This document shows positions 58,189 to 64,000 of a stretch of 64,000 nt of DNA, piece by piece; position 1 is the first letter of the stretch, and the number at the start of each line of letters is the position of its first letter. The stretch lies in NCBI RefSeq assembly GCF_000485595.1, contig NW_014577076.1, forward strand, positions 1,042,647 to 1,106,646, read 5' to 3'. The DNA comes from Priapulus caudatus (lineage: Eukaryota). The notes under the pieces were generated by a model. It did not search any database, was not told the origin of the DNA, and saw nothing but the letters and a program-made list of their open reading frames with translations. The translations under genes were made by a program, and so were the position numbers.

Positions 58189-61100
58189 GCACACACACAC
58201 ACAGCAACACACACACACAACACACACACACACACAACACACAGCACACCACACACACCACACACACACACACACATCGGGGAGCCGTTAAGCTTCCGCT
58301 GTCAAAGGACCTTAGCCCCTGTTTTAGGGCAATCGCTGGTGTCACACAGCCCCATTACGTTGAAGATCTTTGGCCAAACACCCGGAAGGGAAATATTTCA
58401 CGAACCCGGGAATGGTGGTGTAAACTTTGCTTCGCTTCAAAGGCGAACAGCATACGAGGCGCAGTAGAGCAGGAAATCGCCGCCGTTGGTCGACGTTTGT
58501 TTGTCTAAAACTTCTAGCACGCAATCTGGTTGGGCGGAATATAGGAAACCCTGGTCACCTCGCTGCGTCCAGGCGGTGTTTCTCACGGTGACCTCTGTAC
58601 GGAAATACAGTAGCCAATATATGTATGCATTCTTACATATATTTCTTTCTTTAACTTTAGTTTGGCCACGTATAGTAAAATCACAGAGCCCGAATCTTAA
58701 TATGGAAGAGGGCTTATGGACTTTAAATATCACCTAGACCTGTAGTGCCATTAATTATTTAGGAATCAGGTTTCTAGATACTTTATGAGCGTTGAGCTTT
58801 GCTTATACATATCCTGCTTTGTATCCTTAACTGAGAGATTGCCCACGATTTCTATTCGTTGATTCTGTCCTTCTACTATACCGCCTGCGCATCCTACGTT
58901 ATAACTACTTTGTGTAAGTCTATGGTTGTTACTCTGGTGTTTACTCCTGTACAAATGTACAGCAGCGCATTTTATATTTTTAAGCGGATATTTATTTCCA
59001 AAGAATTTGCCAATGCTTACGATCGTCGTGTTTATGGCCCGTCTGCTGTTTATGCCGTGTTTTAGGCCTAGCGCTGTTATGGGTTGTTTGCGTCCTAGAC
59101 GTCGTCCACCGTGTATGACTAATGCAAAACGCAAATGTCGAAGAAATCCTTAGAACATTTACACACGAGATTTTCAAAAACGATCCGGACATTTACTTAA
59201 GAGAAATTACATCCGTCCTCTGCCATTTCGATATCGCAAGGGTCATACATTTGCATTGTTCATACGCGGTGTGTTTTGGACGTAGGTTCTAAGACGCATC
59301 GTGGTAAATAGGCCTTAAACGACAATGTGCAGTCCATTATTTGCTGCGGGTATGCCTTTATATCTGACACCTGCGTGACTCCGAAACCTACGCATGAATG
59401 ACTCAAGCGTTAAGTTATTAAGAACTCTATCTCAGTTCCTCGCAGATGTTTGCGCGCGCCGTTTATAGCCTTAGTAGATGCTACCGCACACACGGGAGAG
59501 TCATGGTCAGCTACGTGCTGCTTGCCGGAGACACCGAGGTGGGCAAATATCTTGGTGTTTAATTTCCCAAGCATGGTGTGTCTGTGTGGGCATATATGGT
59601 TAAGCCGCGCAAGTACATGGCTTGAGTTGATTGTCCGCGCTTACGCCGCTATGGATTCTAGAATGCGAGAAAATAACTCGTGACTCTTCCAAGAAGTGAT
59701 TAAAGCACCCATACGCTAATATAGTACTACAATGTACGAGTCTATATTAATCACATGACACGTTGTGTCGTGGCTGTTTGCATTTAAATAAAACTTCAAA
59801 CTCTTTCATCCGATTTTACGTGAGTCAGCTGCCTTATAAGAGATATTTAGAAATTTTACTGTAATTCTACTGTTGTTTAGCAAATTGATACGCCCGGTAA
59901 TTTGATATGTATGACGAAGCCAATAAATTAAGGTTTTGAAATTTGAAAAAAAGTACCAAAGGTGTATTTCCACGCTATTAAATTATATCACATATGGCTT
60001 ACGACTATGATCACATCAAGCGTGTGGCGCAGTATGAAATGTAATACGAAAAATTAACAGTAAACGGGAGGCAGTAACATTTTTCATAATAAGGTTTACA
60101 CGGATGATAATGACGTCATTGTGCGAGAGTCATTCACAAACAATGCGCTTTCCGGGAATTGTTTATTAAATTGAGTAGCGGGGCACGGACGCGCTCGAGA
60201 TGAGCGCACAGTTGCACATGTACATGGCGGTTAGCACACCATATCTCTCACCGATGATCATATGGAAAGCATTCACTTCTGCACCTAATCGGATTGTGTT
60301 TTTTTTTATTTGCAGCCGGGTTGATCAATGCAAGGAACATTAACTCAGCCGCGTCCAGGAACAGGACCCAAGTGGCAGTGTACACATGAAAAATTTGATT
60401 AAATGTTTCTGAGAGTCAAGTAAAAATTGACTCGTTAATTACCGCGGCCGTTGATGGTTCTCCCACTGCCTCACACCGGAGTGCCCAGAGTAGAACTTTT
60501 GCGATACGCCGCCCCTCCCCCCCCGCGCATTGTTGGCTGCGGGGCAATCTTGCTGCAACGCTTGTGTTTGTCAGTTTAATCTTGAAGGAGTCACTGGGTC
60601 ACGTATAGGGTACACGGCGGTAATGCTTTTTATTTCATGCGTGGTGCCATACGGCACGTATAGGGGAGTCGCTAAGGGTGGGCACGACCCCACGTAATCG
60701 TCACGCTCAGTCAAGCAAAGAAAAACCATGTTATTTTTAACACTGGCTTTGAGGCATAGAAGTTTTAGTCGGATACCTTAAGAACTGACCAAGCGCCTCT
60801 CTCTCGGTCAGCAGGCACGGAGACTCGGTCAAAATTCTATTCAGTTTCCATGCTGTCAGCGTTAAGGCCGTTAAGATATTCTAGTAGGAATCAAAAATCA
60901 CAAAACGCGCTGCCCGACTAGGCTTCCTGCAAGCAACTCATGAGAATGTCCATTTATTCTGCCACTATAGCTATCGTAGGCTGGGAGGCACCAAAGTGGC
61001 CCTGCAGAACATGCGTACACGAGTCCGATGCGCAGCGTGAATGCAGGTTAAGTATATAAGCTCTGCCAAGCTCACGCACTAGCTGAAGGATAAACTAGTA

Positions 61101-62078
61101 TAGCTAGCGCGTTTGCATGCGGATATTCCAGCAAGGAATGCCCGCCACGGCGGTCTGGACCGACAGACGACCACGTTGGTTGCCGTATTAGCACATACTA
61201 TAAGTAATTATAACCGCCGTAAGGACCAGAGAGCCGGATTCCTTAAGTAAACACGTTTATATTAAAAATTTTGATGCAGGCAAATAGCCTTCATGCTCTG
61301 CCTCCGTGTGCGCATACCATCGGTTAGGATATGTCGATGATGCTGGGCAGACGCAGAATGCTAATGCTCAACAATGGAGAGTTAGCCTAATCCGAGAAAT
61401 GGTTCAATTGCTTCAGGAACGGCAATAACGTCTGTTGCGAGATTGTAGATCTCTGTTACTGTCAGCTTGGTTTGCTTTTTGACTGGGTAGAAACACATAA
61501 GCGCCAAACCCATGGTGTACACATATTATAAGCTGCTCGCCGCGAATGGCAATCGTTTTGATAGCAGTTATAGCATAGTAGCAGCACAGTGGCCCAGATT
61601 TATATTGCGCGTAGACGTTGGTACAGACACATCGCAGGTATCGTCGCCCGCATGAAGCACGAGTTACCGCTATTAAAATTAATATCTGCCATTCAATTCC
61701 GAGAATATACAAAATGCAACTCTGCGTATTATTGAGCGATATCGGCAGTAGTATAGTATGTAGGCAGATTCAGCATAAGCATCCTTATAGGATAGCATAG
61801 CCAGCCATAGCAGACTATAGGATGTGTGATGTCTGTGTGTGATACCCGGCTGTCATCACTAATTTCACAGAGGATGGTGATAGTAGGCCGAGCATAAACG
61901 ATAGTTAATCCGAGAATTCATCAAGAACCTATCGAAGATCCAACGTCAAACGACTACAACAACTGAAAAGGAAGTGATAAACGAGGGAGTTATCAAAAAT
62001 CATTAAAGCGTTTTTTTTACAACGCAATTCAGGCTGTGCACAATAATACATGTCACCATTATTGCATTGATAATATAT

Positions 62079-62126
<48 letters not shown>

Positions 62127-64000
62127 CGAGAGAGAGAGAAAGAGAGAGAGAGGGTCTATTTATAGCTCTATAGCACACACTATTTTGTAATTAATAGTTA
62201 TTGGCATGAAATGTGCCTCTCACCGCTTAGTTGCGTTAATTAGACCCTGCATGATCACCCGAATTCAAGAATCGTTTTTCATTCCTCAGGTTTACGAAGT
62301 TCTTCAACACAGCCCTAATATCGCAGATGACATCCGTAAAGTCCACGTACTACATTTCAGGTATCATTAATAGCAAATCGCGATTATGTGGCGGGAGCAC
62401 AGCCTGAATCATACAGACAACAGGTCTGTATGCATCGCAATGCAGTGTGCTGGCAATAAGTCTAAATATTTTGTCTAAATAAATAATGTCATCATAACAT
62501 TCGTTCCACTAAAACGGTTGTGCGTGTAATAACGCCACTATGGCGGAGGTAATTTACGCGAATATACACCGGCTATTCGTAAGCCAGGCAGGACACTTTC
62601 ACTTACAAGCCTGTGCGTTCTAATTCAATTCAGCCCAGGTAGTGTGAAAGCAAGGTTTGCTGTCGAGCCCAAGAAACAGGTGAACGAGAGCGAGATGGTC
62701 ATCCTCATTTCGGAGATACTTATCGCCTACGCAGAAATGAACGACAATAGTATCGGGGCACTACAGATACTCCCGGACTTCCCTGTCGGATTAGAACGTA
62801 GGTTTTCGAAGACGATAACTTGCGGGAGCATCCAGGCAAAGAGAATATTGTCGTTCGAGATTTTAAAACCCGCGTTATATCACTTGTCGTATTGACATGG
62901 CTATCGCTTTTTCTTTCCGAGCACGAAACTGAAAAATGAAACACCATCATGGCAGCCAATCAAGCGCGTCCTTGACGCTGTCGTCAATGACATTCCTACA
63001 TTGTTTCGATCCTGATAGCTACGAAAATGTTCACACAAGTCATAGTAAACAATCTTCATTTCATAGCAACCATATGCACGACGGTAGTAGGCGCTACTTG
63101 TTCCTAATTACGTTATAGAATTAAACTATATACTGCACTGTATAATATATAATAAACTATATACATATTATACACCCAAGAAACAAAACCACGCGCGTAT
63201 TTCTTCTATTTGACAGAATACATTAATGAATGTAAGCTGAACAACGGCAACTGCGGTCACGAGTGCGAATGGATCTTTGCTTCTAACGAGCACAGGTGCA
63301 AATGCCCTCCAGGAGAATTCCTTAGTGATGATCTATCCAGCTGTCTCGGTAGGTCTTTACGAAATGAATGCGTTATCCTCAGGGCCGTAGCTAGGAATTA
63401 ATGTATGGGGGGGGGGGCAAGATGAACGAGTGCCAGAGGCGCTCGCTTCTAGGGGGGTCTGGGGGAATTTTGAAATATAGAAGCTCTGAAATGCCATTTC
63501 CAGCCATTTCAGGTAGATTACATACCCAAAACTCCTCAAACGGTTAAGCGAGTATTTTCTAATCTTAAGTTCCCATTATTCTTTACTGGATTCTTCATTA
63601 TACTTCACACGAGAAGGATAGTGAATATTGTGGATGCGAGGCGCCGTGAGGCCTGTGGGAGGGAAGGTTTACGAGCCAATATCTCAGCCTAGGAGTATCG
63701 TATTGACAAGCGGTTGGTCTTGTTTTAGAGAGCAAAGAATTCTGCTTAATGCAATACCATAAAATAATTTTACACTTGCAGGTAAAGTAGACTAATATTG
63801 CCGTAAAATAGCACTATTTTCCCGTTTTTCCGTTGTACAACTATATATATATCGTTAGTTAGTATATATACAATTTTACTTTTAAGTGACATTACCGGAG
63901 AAAACTGTAACATTTGCGGCACGACCTCCCACAATGACCATGATGGAGACGTCGACGACTACGAAAACTACCACCTCAAAACCAATAACTACAGCAGCGA
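43213..64000 (+). CDS. Type II transmembrane SEA-EGF-mucin protein (TTSP-stem-like architecture), 3' end beyond window
   Basis: Phase-compatible GT-AG exons: 43213-43526 (cytoplasmic, NPVY), 44582-44721 (KGKR plus TM WLIIAGIIIIITVALFLAAVYIA), 51468-51530, 52785-52894, 62290-62360 and 62634-62797 (SEA: GDITIVNREF...DPTSNDY...FSPGSV), 63217-63348 (EGF), 63887 onward (Thr-rich). Confidence 0.85.
44582..44721 (+). CDS. Signal-anchor (TM) exon
   Basis: gacag acceptor in phase 2 matches the previous donor; basic residues followed by about 23 hydrophobic residues; G|gtaggt donor. Confidence 0.85.
44704..45257 (+). repeat. 27-bp minisatellite CAGCGGTGTACATAGCAGGTAGGTTTA, about 20 units
   Basis: First four units are perfect, later ones noisy; the unit spans the exon end and splice donor. 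Confidence 0.95.
48235..48437. mobile_element. Mutator-like MITE with about 60-bp TIRs, TAACCC core and 9-bp TSD
   Basis: TIR TAGGGTCTATGTCCCCCTGACCTCTGTTTGACCTCGCTCGTTTAGCTATTTCTGACTAA and its near-perfect inverse; TSD TCTAGTTAG at 48226-48234 and 48438-48446; empty site at about 41652-41662. Confidence 0.88.
49260..49550. repeat. (CA)n microsatellite (duplicated at about 57950-58276)
   Basis: Interrupted CA run. Confidence 0.95.
50286..50520. mobile_element. Harbinger-like MITE (duplicated at about 59062-59317)
   Basis: Interrupted inverted repeats TAGGCCTA..GCGTCCTAGAC..GTATGACAATGCAAA and their inverses. Confidence 0.65.
51468..51530 (+). CDS. Short juxtamembrane exon (AGLINGKEHYSAASRQQDPRA)
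   Basis: Poly-T tttgcag acceptor, G|gtacac donor, 63 bp phase 1-1, open. Confidence 0.65.
52785..52894 (+). CDS. SEA domain exon 1 (EDVIVGDITIVNREFIKNYEDPTSNDYKQLKKEVENE)
   Basis: tttacag acceptor, GAG|gtgagt donor; typical SEA N-terminal pattern. Confidence 0.88.
52985..56454 (+). repeat. Redundant copy C of about 45650-48830
   Basis: Collinear with the intron 2 segment; indel density rises toward the 25-N gap. Confidence 0.88.
56480..62075 (+). repeat. Redundant copy D of about 47840-52985, including frameshifted copies of exon 3 and SEA exon 1
   Basis: Collinear and indel-rich; the SEA exon copy at about 61871-61985 is broken. Confidence 0.9.
62290..62360 (+). CDS. SEA domain exon 2 (VYEVLQHSPNIADDIRKVHVLHFS)
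   Basis: cctcag acceptor in phase 0, AG|gtatca donor. Confidence 0.82.
62634..62797 (+). CDS. SEA domain exon 3 (SPGSVKARF...FPVGLE)
   Basis: attcag acceptor; FSPG^SV SEA autocleavage-like motif; C|gtaggt donor. Confidence 0.85.
63217..63348 (+). CDS. EGF-like domain exon (INECKLNNGNCGHEC...CKCPPGEFLSDDLSSC)
   Basis: Six Cys in EGF spacing; phase 1-1 exon, gacag acceptor, G|gtaggt donor. Confidence 0.9.
63887..64000 (+). CDS. Thr-rich mucin-like exon, truncated by the window end
   Basis: ttttaag acceptor; open frame VTLPEKTVTFAARPPTMTMMETSTTTKTTTSKPITTAA. Confidence 0.7.

Noticed and set aside
36241..62075. Genuine tandem gene family or exon-cassette diversification system
   Set aside because: Differences are random indels without codon bias and copies abut 25-N gaps; assembly redundancy is the simpler explanation, pending read evidence

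Overview
Repeat-rich, intron-containing animal (invertebrate-like) genomic DNA; nothing here looks prokaryotic. Genes resolved by manual splicing: (1) JMJD7 JmjC hydroxylase, + strand, 7 coding exons at 1046-4198, first exon probably upstream of the window. (2) Microsomal epoxide hydrolase EPHX1, + strand, 5 exons at 13529-18440, complete, ending in KEEL. (3) A type II membrane protein, + strand, 43213 to beyond 64000: cytoplasmic tail with NPVY, TM anchor, SEA domain, EGF domain, Thr-rich stalk. The donor site of its TM exon is amplified into a frame-preserving 27-bp minisatellite. (4) A cryptic, heavily frameshifted minus-strand gene at about 19.4-30.8 kb, not resolvable from the ORF track, with several Ig domains and a ROR/MuSK-type Frizzled cysteine-rich domain but no room for a kinase. 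The 36.2-62.1 kb region holds overlapping, indel-riddled copies of the same sequence around exact 25-N gaps. These most likely reflect long-read gap-filling or haplotype redundancy rather than true paralogy, although one copy lacks a MITE that the others carry. The rest is MITEs (hAT-, Harbinger- and Mutator-like), Helitron-like elements, a CR1-type LINE relic, possible BEL/Pao and Polinton relics, and microsatellites. All homology calls are from recalled family motifs; no searches were run.
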